This document shows, piece after piece, positions 11,750 through 23,446 of a stretch of 64,000 bases of DNA (positions within the stretch are counted from its first letter, which is position 1; every line of letters starts with the position of its first letter). The notes under the pieces are model-generated. The model was given only the letters and a program-made list of their open reading frames with translations. It had not been told where the DNA came from and made no database searches. Source of the stretch: Octopus sinensis (taxonomy: Eukaryota). The stretch is from assembly GCF_006345805.1 (NCBI RefSeq), contig NC_043002.1:110980001-111044000 (forward strand), in the 5' to 3' direction. The translations under genes were made by a program, and so were the position numbers.

Positions 11750-12093
11750 TCATCCTCATCATCATCATCGTTTAGCATCCGCTTTCCATGCTAGCATGGG
11801 TTGGACAGTTCAACTGGGGTCTGGGAAGCCAGAAGGCTGCACCAGGCCCAGTCTGATCTGGCAATGTTTCTACGGCTGGATGCCCTTCCTAACGCCAACA
11901 ACTCCGAGAGTGTAGTCGGTGCTTTTTACGTGCCACCAACACAGGAGCCAGACGAGGCTGGCAAACGGCCATGATCGAATGGTGCTTTTTACGTGCCACC
12001 GGCACGGGGGCCAGGCTAGGCTGGCAATGGCCACGATCAGATGGTGCTTTTTACGTGCCACCGGCACGAGTTCAGTCGGGGCAGCGCTGGCAA
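11750..12093 (-). mobile_element. RTE LINE 3' UTR fragment
   Basis: (CAT)n tail on the plus strand, conserved core and 3 tandem ~60-bp units. Confidence 0.85.
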
Positions 12094-12774
12094 AATAAAA
12101 AGTAACAAAATAAAAATGTAATCAAATGTAAATATAAAATATAATATAAGAAAATATAGAAAATATAAAGGACATATATACAAAGGCTTGAAAATATAAA
12201 ACATAAAAAATATATTAAAAAAATATAAAGTGTAATAAAAATATTATAATTTTATAATTTTAGGTTCACAGTACACAGTGGGATATATTAAAAAAATTTA
12301 AAAACTGTCAAAGTATTAATAAAACTTGTATAGTGAAAATGTATGCCCCTCCTGGTAAAAAGTGGTAGGAATCAGCCATTATAAATAGACCAGTAGCCGG
12401 TCATCAAGATAGGGTCAAGAGTTGAAGTGTTGACAGTTGACAGCTCTAGTTGGTATCTTGTGGAGCTATTAGCAATAGTAAGACAGAAGAAGTGAGTGGA
12501 CTGCTATTCCGGTACAAAGAGATACAACGGTATCCAATAACTAGTAACTATTGTAGCTACTAGCGTAAAACAGCAACTACAGCGCAATAGCAGTCACACA
12601 TCACACCAGTGGGAGAAACCCACTTTACTACAGTGGCAATATGGAAAAACAAATTTATGCAGAATGAAAAAGAAAAACACTCACACGGAGAGTTTAAACT
12701 AATTCATGTGGAAAATTAAATAACTCAACAAAAAGGAAACAAGAATCTTGTACAAACTTACAAAATCATAAAAT

Positions 12775-13440
12775 ATGGAAGACTTGTTAGCTGAGATAGT
12801 TGAGTTGCAAAAACAGCAACAACAAGGATTGCAGCAGCAAATGTTACAAGTAATGAAGTTGATAACCAAACTGGAGAATACATTTTTGACTGACCATGTT
12901 GCAAATTCCATAAGTGAATTCAAATATGACCTCGAAGAAGGAGTAACCTTCAAGGCTTACTTTCGAAGATTTGAACAAATTTTAAAAAGGATGTCAGGAT
13001 TGGACAGAAAAAAGGAAAGCACAACTAATTTTAAGAAAACTAGTGACAGCAGAGCATGAGAAGTATAGTAACTTCATATTGCCAAAACAAGCGACCAACA
13101 TAAATTTTACAGTTGACATTTTGTGCAAAATGTTTAGTGAAAAGAGTTCATTGTTTAAAACTAGATGGAAATGTTTAAACATAGAAAAGAGTGAAAATGA
13201 AGACTTACACAGGCAGAATCAACAAAGAATGTGAGAGATTTAGGTTGGATGTGCTTACTCCAGATTCTTTCAAGTGTTTGATTTTTGCACAAGGATTGAC
13301 AGATAAAAGGGATGCAGAAATCTGAATGAAAATTTTAGCAAAACTGAAAATGAACCAGGATTTGACATTGCAGAATCTGTGGGAAGAGTGAGAGATGATA
13401 TTAAAATTAAAGCATGGCACGGAATAAATTCAACAGAACA
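12775..13440 (+). pseudogene. gag-like remnant of the Gypsy element
   Basis: ISEFKYDLEEGVTFKAYFRRFE, EHEKYSNFILPK, SLFKTRWKCL and FKCLIFAQGL; frameshifted. Confidence 0.75.
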
Positions 13441-13479
13441 AGTTTTTCCACATTACCAACTACAAAAGGTGAACCTTGG

Positions 13480-14315
13480 CTGGAAGTGAAAACATCATGG
13501 TCCTGATTGCATATTGATTTTGCAGGCCCATTAAATGGATATTATTACTTAATAGTTGTGGACAGCTACACAAAATGACCTGATGTCGCAAGGTGTAAAA
13601 GACCAACATTATATATGGTAATAAACTTCTTACACAAGCTGTTTGCAAGATTTGGTGTACCAGATATAATTGTCTCTGATAACAGAACACAGTTTGAATC
13701 CTGTGAGTTTAAAAGATTCTGCAAGATGTTCATGTTAGAACATAAAACTATAGCACCATATCACCCTGGAGCAAATGGAAGGGCCATATGGTTCATGGAT
13801 ACTTTTAAGAGAGCTTTAAAGAAAGCTGATAGGGAAGCCACGGATGAGTTCATGATCCAACAATTCTTAAGGGTATACAGGGTAACTCGGAACCCAAATG
13901 TGTCAGAAGGAAGGTCACCAACAAAATTAATGTTTGCCAGATTTGATAAATTGTTTCCAGTGAAGAAAAAAAATACATGTTAGTAAAGACATGCCAAAAT
14001 TCTTTAGAATCGGTGACAAGGTATATGTAAGAATGTACAAAAATGGCAAGAAATACTGGGAAGAAGGAGAAATTGTTACATACATAGGAAGAATGATGTA
14101 TGGTGTAAGAAGCAGAAATGGAATGGAAAGGAGACAGAAATCAGCTTAAGGAAAGAGTCATAGAAAAGGAACCAACAAGAGCAGAAATACCGATGGATTG
14201 GCTATAAGACACTTTTCAGGTTTCAACACCGTTACATGAAGTCAAAAGCACATGTACAAGGAAAAGGAAGAACACTGAATTCCTAAAAGTAGACCCTAAA
14301 AAGAAAAGATACTGA
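13480..14315 (+). pseudogene. Integrase remnant of the Gypsy element
   Basis: LHIDFAGPLNGYYYLIVVDSYTK, LFARFGVPDIIVSDN, APYHPGANG and DTFKRALKK (rve core). Protease, RT and RNase H are absent. Confidence 0.9.
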
Positions 14316-14559
14316 GTATAAAAAGAGGAGGAGGTGGGGTGAAGAAAAGAAATTGATTGTTAAATAAAATAATTAAAAGGGGAAATGTTGTATGGTGAAA
14401 CTGTATTCCCCTCACAGTAAAAAGCAAAAGAAGGCACCCATTACAAACAGACCAGCGGCCGGTCGTGAAGAGAGGGTTGAGAGTTGAAGAGTTGAAAGCT
14501 GACAGTTCTAGTCAGTGTCTTGTGGAGCTATCAGCGATAGCAAGACTGAAGAAGTTAGT

Positions 14560-14736
14560 ACATTATTTACAATTGATTGATATTTGTCCTCATCTTGTTT
14601 GTTGTTAACACAACGTTTCAGCTGATATACCTTCCAGCCTTCATCAGGTGTCTTGGGGAAATTTTGAACCTGGGTTCTCATTCCTAAGGTATTTTTTATG
14701 TTGTTGTTGTTGTTGTTATTATTATTATTATTGTTA

Positions 14737-14775
<39 letters not shown>

Positions 14776-14847
14776 TCACTACCTGGAATCGAACTCGGAA
14801 TATTGGGGTTAGTAGCCCATGCTCTTAACCACTACGCCATATGTTCG
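14560..14847 (-). mobile_element. tRNA-derived SINE with (AAT)n spacer and hammerhead-ribozyme tail
   Basis: A box TGGCGTAGTGG (14839-14829), anticodon-like arm GGG CTACTAA CCC, B box GAGTTCGATTCC (14796-14785). 13-bp TSD TGAAGAAGTTAGT at 14547-14559 and 14848-14860. Absent from the 5' LTR. Confidence 0.9.
14607..14652 (-). ncRNA. Minimal type I hammerhead ribozyme (Penelope-type)
   Basis: GACAC CTGATGA A GGCTGG-AAGGTATA-TCAGCT GAAAC GTT GTGTT. Core is intact, stems I and II pair, and stem III is the palindrome AACGTT. Confidence 0.75.
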
Positions 14848-15021
14848 TGAAGAAGTTAGTGTATTACTATTGCAGTACAAAGAGACACAATGGTATCCAA
14901 TGACTAGTAACTATTGTGACACTAGTGTAAAATAGCAACTACAGTGCAACAGCAGTCACACATCACACCAGTGGGAGGAACCCACTTTACAACAAAAACA
15001 TACAAAACTAATGAAAAATTT

Positions 15022-15430
15022 ACCGTCTGCTTTCCGGACGGTTTGACAGAGGGCTGGCGAGCCAGGAGGCCACACCAAGCTCCAATCTTATCTGGCAAAG
15101 TTTCTACAGCTGAAAGCCCTTCCTAATGCCAACCGCTCTTTACATGCCACTGACACGAAGGCCAGTCAGGTAGTACAGGCATTGGCCATACACAAATGGT
15201 ACTTTTAATTGCGACATGCACAAGAGTCAGTCCGGCAGCACTGGCAACGACCACGCTTGAATGGTGTTTTTAATGTACCACCGGCACAGGAGCCAGTCAG
15301 GTGATGCTGGTAACAATCATGCATGCACGAATGGTGCTTTTTACGTGCCACTGACACGGGTGCCATTCAGGCAGTACTGTCATTAGCTACGACAACAATT
15401 TCACATGCCTCAACAGGTCTTTGCAATCGT
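15022..15430 (-). mobile_element. Older diverged RTE LINE 3' UTR copy
   Basis: About 5 diverged tandem units plus the GCCTCAACAGGTCTT block shared with ~5289. Confidence 0.75.
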
Positions 15431-15641
15431 AGTTTATTGTCCAATGATTGAAGAGTACTCTTAAATAGGCTGGTTATACAGCATTGGTACAAAGTCAACC
15501 GGTTTCACTTTGCTAATCATGGCTCAATGGAATGAAATCATAAGTTTTTGATTTCATAACATTGAGTCATGATATATATTGAAATGCATTAGATAATCTT
15601 TATCTACACAAACAAGATTTCTGTGCTTTTCCACCTAAAAT

Positions 15642-15725
<84 letters not shown>

Positions 15726-15752
15726 ATATATATAAAATATATATATATATAA

Positions 15753-15993
15753 AATGCACCAATCCGACCATGGCCGATGCCAGCCTCGCCTGGCACCTGT
15801 GCAGGTGGCACGTAAAAAGCACCCACTACACTCACGGAGTGGTTGGCGTTAGGAAGGGCATCCAGCTGTAGAAACATTGCCAGATAAGACCGGAGCCTGG
15901 TGCAGCCTTCTGGCTTCCCAGATCCCCGGTCGAACCGTCCAACCCATGCTAGCATAGAGAACGGACATTAAACGATAATGATGATGATGATGA
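15753..15993 (+). mobile_element. RTE LINE 3' UTR fragment within (TA)n
   Basis: Conserved core and (ATG)n tail, flanked by long TA tracts. Confidence 0.85.
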
Positions 15994-16009
15994 TATATAT
16001 ATATGTATT

Positions 16010-16040
<31 letters not shown>

Positions 16041-16051
16041 TATATATATAA

Positions 16052-16086
<35 letters not shown>

Positions 16087-16092
<6 letters not shown>

Positions 16093-16953
16093 CTGATCAA
16101 TGGGTATCCGTACTGTTGCCATAGTAACGAAGCTAAAGCACACAAAGTGAAGCCACTTGGCAAAGATTGACCTTGAACTCTGCTGTGCATGTGCACTAAG
16201 TTTTAACGTTCTAGCTCACTTCCATTGTTTACAGCAGTGCTTGGAAGGAAGGTGTGTAGAGAAAGCTGTCATGGGGATACCTGCTCACAGGCCTATGCAA
16301 AGTTGCAGAAAGTGTATGGAGAGGAGTGTATGAGCCAAGCACAAGTGTATGAGTGATTGATACTTTTCCAATATGGCCAAAAAAAATGTCGATAGTGATG
16401 AACATTCTGGGAGACCTGCAACCAGCAGAACTGAGAAAAACATGGCAGATATGCGTGCAGCTGTGAGGGGAAATCAACGAATCACCATCTGTGAGTTATC
16501 AGAGGATGTGCAGATTAGTTATGGTTCAGTTCAGTCCATTATCACTTGAAGATTTGGGTATGAGACACATGTCTATCAAGTTTGTGGCAAAACTGCTTTC
16601 AGCTGACCAAAAAGACACTTGGATTTCAGTTGCACAAAATCTTCTTGATTGTGTTGAAAATGATGAAAATTTTTTGAAAACTTTGTGTAAGCTTCTGAAC
16701 AGGTATCACCAAGCTTTTGGCAAAATTTGATGCAGATTCTCTGCTCAACTTTCTGTCATGGTCAATATGACAATCACATGCTACACATGTTACTTCCAAG
16801 CACTGCTGTGAACAACATAAATGAGCTACAATGTTAAAACTTAGTGAGCATGCACAGCAGAGTTAAAGGTCAATCTGTGCCAAGCAGCTTCACTCTGTGT
16901 GCTTTAGCTTTGTTACTATGGCAGTAGTCGGGATACTTATTGATCAGATCGTG
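16087..16953 (+). mobile_element. Non-autonomous mariner-like transposon with ~130-bp TIRs
   Basis: Inverted arms at ~16087-16219 and ~16821-16953 with TA flanks. Internal transposase N-terminal remnant: DEHSGRPATS, RITICELSEDVQISYGSVQSII, DLGMRH..KFVAKLLSADQK. Confidence 0.85.
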
Positions 16954-17222
16954 TATATACATACATATATATTAATTGTGTATCATTTCTACGTTTTTTG
17001 CGTCCTTGTTTTCATATACATTCACTTGCTTTCTTCCAAGGAGTCTAGTGTTCTTAGCTGGCCACACTGGAGCAGTCTTGAGTGTAACCGGCCAAAACTG
17101 CAAAGATGTTCTGGAACTCAACTGAGGATAGGAAGCTCTGAATGACCTGTCCTTTTTTGTATCATATAATTGACCAGATGTTTTGTTGTCGCCTGTTACA
17201 TTCTTGTTTCATTTTTCATTTT

Positions 17223-17292
<70 letters not shown>

Positions 17293-17308
17293 GTATATAT
17301 ATATATAT

Positions 17309-17342
<34 letters not shown>

Positions 17343-17830
17343 ATATACATACATACATATATACAAACATACATATATACATACATATGCACATACATAC
17401 ATATATACATGCATGCATACATACACACACACACACACCACACACACATATATATATATATAAGGTTGTTTGTTATAGACAGTTAGAGAGTGACCATTGG
17501 TTTTGCACCTATAAAGCGCTTAGCTGTACAGGTGACTTGTCAGCCTCAAATGACCAAAGGCACACAAACATATATACAAATGTGCTTCTGGCTATTTGAG
17601 TTTGATGGGTCACCTAATACAGCCAAGTTGATGCTAAAGTTGATACTAAATCAACGGTCACTCTCTGACCACCTATAACAAAGAACCTAAATATTACTAC
17701 TCTAGTATCTTGGAACAAGTGTCTTGTTTGGATATATGAACTACTGATTGATATATATAAGTGTGTGTGTGTGTGTGTGTGGTTATGGACATTCAGGCAC
17801 ATACACATAATCTAATATTAGATATCATTA

Positions 17831-18337
17831 TCTCTCTCTATATAAACGGCAGTTTGTCTGTCTGTGTGTCTGTCAGGTTGTACCCTCACCCTGACCACGG
17901 CTTTCAACCGATTCTGATGAAACTTGACACACACATAATTCAAAACTAACGCAGTGAAAATTTTGAAAAGTTCCCCCAGTTCTGAAAAAAATCGATAAAT
18001 TCGACATGGGGTCAAGAATCTAAGCTTTTTATATGCAACACATTTTCTGTTGTAGTTTTCGCAACTTGCAATCGATTTTCACCAAACTCATGGTGAAGCT
18101 TAATGTTACCCTAAGAAACTTAGTTCTGACGTTAGTTTTCCATGCAATACCTTACCATCAGAAACAATCGATAAAATCATGCCATTTTGGGAAATCGCAT
18201 TCAAATTCAAGATGACATATTTTCGACAATATCTTTCACAAATTGGCAGGAAATTAGAGGGAAAGGACTAGATTGGGATTAGTCGTTGCCTACTAGGGGC
18301 TCTTACATACCTGGGCAACGCCGGGCTATGCTGCTAG
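17831..18337 (+). mobile_element. Non-autonomous Helitron
   Basis: A|TC start, subterminal hairpin CCTGGGCAACGCCGGG, CTAG|T end. Confidence 0.85.
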
Positions 18338-19003
18338 TCTAATACTATATATCATATACTATTTAAGAGAAATCATTAGCCACCTAAAATTGAGACTGCA
18401 GTGAAGACTGAATCAGACATTTAGAAATGTAAATTTTATTTGAATAGATTTTCATTTATTTCTACTTGACGCAATGTTTGTTTTCAGTTGCTGACCCATC
18501 AGAAAGGCTGTGCCCAGGGTCTGCATGCTATTTCTGTAACAGAGTAATGGAGAATTTGGGTTGCTCATTGCCTGTTAAGTTATCTTTTAATTGCTGAAGA
18601 TTTGTGGATAAGTGGGAACATATGAGCCAGATGAGAATTCCAGAAAGAAGCAGGATTTTGAGAAGAAAGGATTTTCAATGTTTATTGTAGAACACGAGGA
18701 AATATATGAGTGTTGATGTCAGAAAGTATAAAGGTAGGTGTAGTAACAGCTTTTGAGGAGGGATGGTATGCAGTCAGTAAGTTCAAAGAAAAGGGGCTGT
18801 TGTAAATATGGAAAAGAAGATAGAATGCCAAGATGGAGCAAGACAACCAAAGAACTGGTAATGGTGGGAGGGGGAGGGGTTTAACTCTTTAGCATTTAAA
18901 CCAGCTCCATCCAGTTAAAATATTCTTGCTGTTTTATTTGCAAACCAGCCAGATATGGCCTCTCACACCTATCCTGCAATGTCATTCAAAAAAATAAACA
19001 ATC

Positions 19004-19730
19004 GGCGCAGGAGTAGCTGTGTGGTAAGAAGTTTGCTTCCTAGCAGCATGGTTCAGGTTCAATCCCATTGCACAGCTGACCAAAGCCTTTTGGGTGGATT
19101 TGGTAGATGGAAACTGAAAGAAGCCTATCGCATATATATATATATATATATAGTGAAGGTGCATGGCTCAGTGGTTAGAGCGTCGAGCTTACGATCGTGA
19201 GGTTGTGAGCTCGAATCCCCGGACTGCACTGCATGTTGTGTTCTTGAGCAAGGCACTTTATTTCACGTTGCTCCAGTTCACTCAGCTGTAGAAATGAATT
19301 GCGATGTCACAGGTGCCAAGCTGTATCGGTCCCTTTGTCTTTCCCTTGGATAACACTGGTGGCGTGGAGGGGGGAGGCTGGTATGCATGGGTGACTGCTG
19401 GTCTTCCATAAACAACCTCGCCCGGACTTGTGTCTTGGAGGGTAACTTTCTAGGTGCAATCCCATGGTCTGTGTCGTGACCGAAGGGGGTCTCCGATATA
19501 TATATATATATATGTTTGCATTTGTGTGTGTGTTTTTGTCCCTCACCACTGCTTCACAACCGGTGCTGGTGTGTTTGTGTTCTCATAACTTGGACATTTA
19601 GCAAAAAAGACTAATAGAAGAAGCACCAGGTTTAAACAATAAGTACTGGTCGATTTGTATGACTAAAATTCTTCAAAGCGGTGACCCAGCATGGCCACAG
19701 TCTAATGGCTGAAGCAAAACAAGATAAAAG
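19004..19730 (+). mobile_element. SINE family A with nested family C SINE
   Basis: Head at 19004-19130. The 3' half resumes at ~19510 after the family C copy, which sits in the internal TA tract. Confidence 0.8.
19152..19493 (+). mobile_element. tRNA-derived CORE-type SINE family C
   Basis: TGGCTCAGTGGTTAGAGC head and TGTGTTCTTGAGCAAGGCACTTTA..CACTCAGCTGTA CORE-like domain. A diverged copy lies at ~22152-22330. Confidence 0.85.
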
Positions 19731-19761
19731 AATCACACCATCAAAATCTCAAAAATATGAA

Positions 19762-20170
19762 AGGAGTGGCTGTGTGGTAAGTAGCTTGTTTACTAACCAC
19801 ATGGTTCCGGGTTCAGTCCCACTACGTGGCACCTTGGGCAAGTGTCTTCTACTATAACCTCGGGCCGACCAAAGCTTTGTGAGTGGATTTGGTAGACGGA
19901 AACTGAAAGAAGCCCGTCGTATATATGTATATATATATATGTGTATGTATGTTTGTGTGTCTGTGTTTGTCCCCCTAGCATTGCTTGACAACTGATGCTG
20001 GTGTGTTTACGTCCCCGTTACTTAGCGGTTTTGCGAAAGAGACCGATAGAATAAGTACTGGGCTTACAAAAGAATAAGTCCCGAGGTCGAGTTGCTCGAT
20101 TAAAAGGCGGTGCTCCAGCATGGCCGCAGTCAAATGACTGAAACAAGTAAAAGAGTAAAAGAGAGTAAGA
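19762..20170 (+). mobile_element. SINE family A, near full length, young
   Basis: Near-identical to 7830-8256 and 39785-40170. Confidence 0.9.
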
Positions 20171-20594
20171 GTAATGCAGATTAAATAAAAACAATCTGAA
20201 CAAATAAGCATTTTATTTGACAGAGGAATCTGGATACTAAAGGGTTAAACATCAGAAATAATTATTTTTGTACATTTTAAAATAATATATTAACATTAAA
20301 CCAATGTGCTTCGAACTGCTAATCCAAAAGAGCCTCTATGTGATACTTTACCTACTAGAAATAGTAGCCAGATTTCCTAAATTTAACCCATACTCTCTCA
20401 AAAAAGAGAGGGATTCATTGGACAATGTAGTCTTAGATATGCAACGCCTAAGAATAGAGCCAAATAATCATGGCTGGAATAATTTTCCTCATAGATCTAC
20501 TCACCAGGGCTGACCTGGTGTAAAACAACATCTTGTAACTTCAACACTTTTTTCACAAAATGGAATGTTAAAAAAAAATATATTTGACATCAAT

Positions 20595-21360
20595 AGGTGC
20601 AGATGTGTCTAAATGGTGAGAAGCTTGTTTTCCAACTATATGGTGGTACGTAAAAAGCACTATCCGAATCGTGGCTGATGCCAGCACCGCCTCGACTGGT
20701 TCCCGTGCCAGTGGCATGTAAAAAGCACCATCCGAATCGTGGCTGAAGCCAGTGCCGCCTCAACTGGCTTCCGTGCCGGTGGCACGTAAAATGCATCAAT
20801 CCGACCATGGCCATTGCCAGCCTCGCCTGGCACCTGTGCAGGTGGCACGTAAAAATCACCCACTACACTCATGGAGTGGTTGGCGTTAGGAAAGGCATCC
20901 AGCTGTAGAAACATTGCCAGATAAGACTGGAGCCTGGTGCAGCCTTCTGGCTTCCCAGATCCCCAGTCGAACCATCCAACCCATGCTAGCATGGAGAACG
21001 GACGTTAAACGATGATGATGATGATGGTCTTAAGTTCAGTCCCATTGCATGGCACTTTGGACAAGTGTCTTCTACTACAGCCCCAGGTTGACTAAAGCCT
21101 CGAGAGTTTGGATTTGGCAGATGGAACTGAAAGAGACCCATTATGTGTGTGTGTAATTATGTTTGTTCCCCACCACTGTGTGACAACCAGTGTTAGTTTG
21201 TTTACATTCTCATAACTTAATAGTTCAACAAAAGAAATTGACAGAATAAGTGCCAGACTTAAAAAAAGAAATAAGAAATGAGATTGATTCATTCAACAAA
21301 AACTATTCAAGGTGGTGCTCCAGCATGGCTGCAGCCCAATGATTGAAACAAGTAAAAGAT
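20595..21360 (+). mobile_element. Old SINE family A split by an RTE 3' UTR insertion (20645-21023)
   Basis: The head breaks at ATGGT (20640-20644) and resumes after ATGGT (21024-21028). Confidence 0.8.
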
Positions 21361-21567
21361 AAAAAAAAAAAAACAGATAAAGATCTGTAAAACAACTATT
21401 TTACTTATATCTATTTATACCTGTAAATACCTCACTGTATTTAATTTATTCTTATTTTATATCTATTACATATAAACTTTGCACTACCTTTTGATGCATT
21501 TTTAAAAGCATTTTTCTGCATTAGACATAGACACTTACAAACTCAAACTGATTAATTTTCTTCTAAA

Positions 21568-21952
21568 TCTTTATATATAAAAGTGAGGTTGTGTGCTGTC
21601 TGTCTCCTACGATTTAGATTCCTAACTACTCCCACATTTTGCGGTGCAATTTAATCTTTTAGTCGTGATTCATATCGAGCCTTTCTGGGTATTAGCGCAC
21701 GTCTACGATGAGTGTATGATTTAAAAAAAAAATTTACCATCAATTTTTCCCATTTTAATGCATTTTTGGCATATATAAGGGAAGTAACTCTCTAAAAGTT
21801 TATTATTAAATCTCAGAACGTAAAAAGCTACAGTAACACCCTCCCCCTTTGTGGTTAGCCATATTGAGATGGCTATTATACTTTACGTCTCTAAAAATGC
21901 TTATATAGTTATTTCCCTTACAAACCCGAGCAACGCCAGGCAATACTGCTAG
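21568..21952 (+). mobile_element. Non-autonomous Helitron (family H1)
   Basis: A|TCTTTATATATAAAAGTG start, CCCGAGCAACGCCAGG hairpin, CTAG|T end. Confidence 0.9.
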
Positions 21953-22430
21953 TTTGTTATAATTTATTTCTCAACTTAGTAGACTGAGGCATGCAAACTG
22001 GCTATCAATTGTTATTTCATACTGGCACTGAAGCATATCACATGAAATATAACATCTGTATCAAGATTTCAATCTATGACTTTATTCAACATGAGAAATG
22101 ATAAAGCAATCTTTGATTATTTTTGTTTTTAGGCTCAAGTCAGCCTTTGGTTGGTGAAGGTGCATGGCCTTGTGGTTAGAGTGTTGCATCTATGATTGTA
22201 AGATTGTGGTTTTGATTCCCAGACCAAGTTCATGTTGCTCCAGTGCATTCAGTTGTAAATGAGTTTCAACAATAGCAAGAAAAATTGGGAAGTTAACTTC
22301 TGTGACAGACTGGCATACAGTTCAGCGGGAGTGTCGTGGTCTCATTTATATGTCATTGAAGTTGGGTTGGACTCTGGTGTTTTGAATCATAGGGCTCATG
22401 GCATAATCTAAGAAATCTGGAAACTATTTC

Positions 22431-22860
22431 TCATCATCATCATCATTGTTCGACCGTGGTCGAGACAATGGAATTTACCATGCTACGCCAGACTTCAAGG
22501 TCCATCATAGCATTACGGATGTCCTGTTGCTGGATGCCTGTATCCCTGGAGATTACATCAGGGTAGGAGAGTGTGCGCCCTCTGGTATTGCGAGTAGATG
22601 GCTTCCAGAGGAGAAGAGTAGAAATTACCTTGTTTTCAGCTCTACAATAATGTCCAGCAAACTGGACTCTCCTACCTTTCACAAGAGATGACACAGGTGG
22701 TAGTTTCCCATATATTTGCATTTTGGTTGGATGACGCTTCCACGAGAGATTTTGAGCTCTCATAAGGAGGCGAGTGTAGGTTCCATCCAACCGTCTCTCA
22801 AGCTTCTTTGATAATGTCCAGGTTTCTGAGCCATATAGTAGAATTGGTTCGACTGTGGCT
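22431..22860 (-). mobile_element. RTE-clade LINE 3' fragment (second family), frame still open
   Basis: PILLYGSETWTL..RVQFAGH..MMDLEVWR*, followed directly by a (TGA)n tail. Confidence 0.9.
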
Positions 22861-23269
22861 AGGTCATGTATCACACAGGATCAGTACTGGTCAAGCAGAT
22901 CTATAATCAAAGGCATATCTTAGACAACGTTATCCAATATGCACTTTTTATCAAAGATGGTAGTGTGATTTAAGAGAGATTTGGCTGCTATTTCTAGTTG
23001 GTTGAGTGATATGTAGAGCAGGCATGGACAATCTTTATCTCCCAAAAAACCTTATGAGAAATTTTTCACACTAATCAAGCCATACCATAAAAATAATAAT
23101 TTAACAAATGCCATTTGTAGTAGAATATACCATATTCTTTCTTAATTAAAAATACTAAAATACCAGGATGGATGGTAATGATGGCAGATATGATAGATTA
23201 GATGTATTTAATCTCATCTCTCAAGGCTCTGAGTTTAGATACTATGGAGGTTGAATATAAACACATATA

Positions 23270-23446
23270 TTTCTTTACTACCCACAAGGGGCTAAACACA
23301 GAAGGGACAAACAAGGACAGATTAAGTCGATTACATCGATTATATAGACCCAGAAAGGATGAAAGGCAAAGTCGACCTCGGCGGAATTTGAACTCAGAAC
23401 GTAACGGCTACACATTTCACCAGGCGTGCTAACGTTTCTGCCAGTT
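23270..23446 (-). mobile_element. SINE family B, internally deleted, with 5'-attached 150-bp duplication
   Basis: Family B body and tail, fused to 23444-23593, which duplicates 25092-25241. Confidence 0.85.

Larger units (their letters stand above)
12326..14994 (+). mobile_element. Gypsy/Ty3 LTR retrotransposon, internally deleted
   Basis: LTRs at 12326-12632 and 14386-14994 (the second is interrupted), both ending ACA. PBS-like TGGCAAT at 12634, polypurine tract AAAAGGGGAAA before the 3' LTR, and 5-bp TSD AAAAC (12321-12325 / 14995-14999). Confidence 0.9.
18885..20244. mobile_element. piggyBac-type MITE interrupted by three SINEs
   Basis: TTAA|CTCTTTAG...CTAAAGGG|TTAA. With the SINEs removed it matches 40798-41017 in reverse. 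Confidence 0.75.

Noticed and set aside
17913-17925. Other CTGATGA hits (also ~25937, ~26789, minus strand ~11540)
   Set aside because: No stem II followed by GAAA and no compatible stems I and III.
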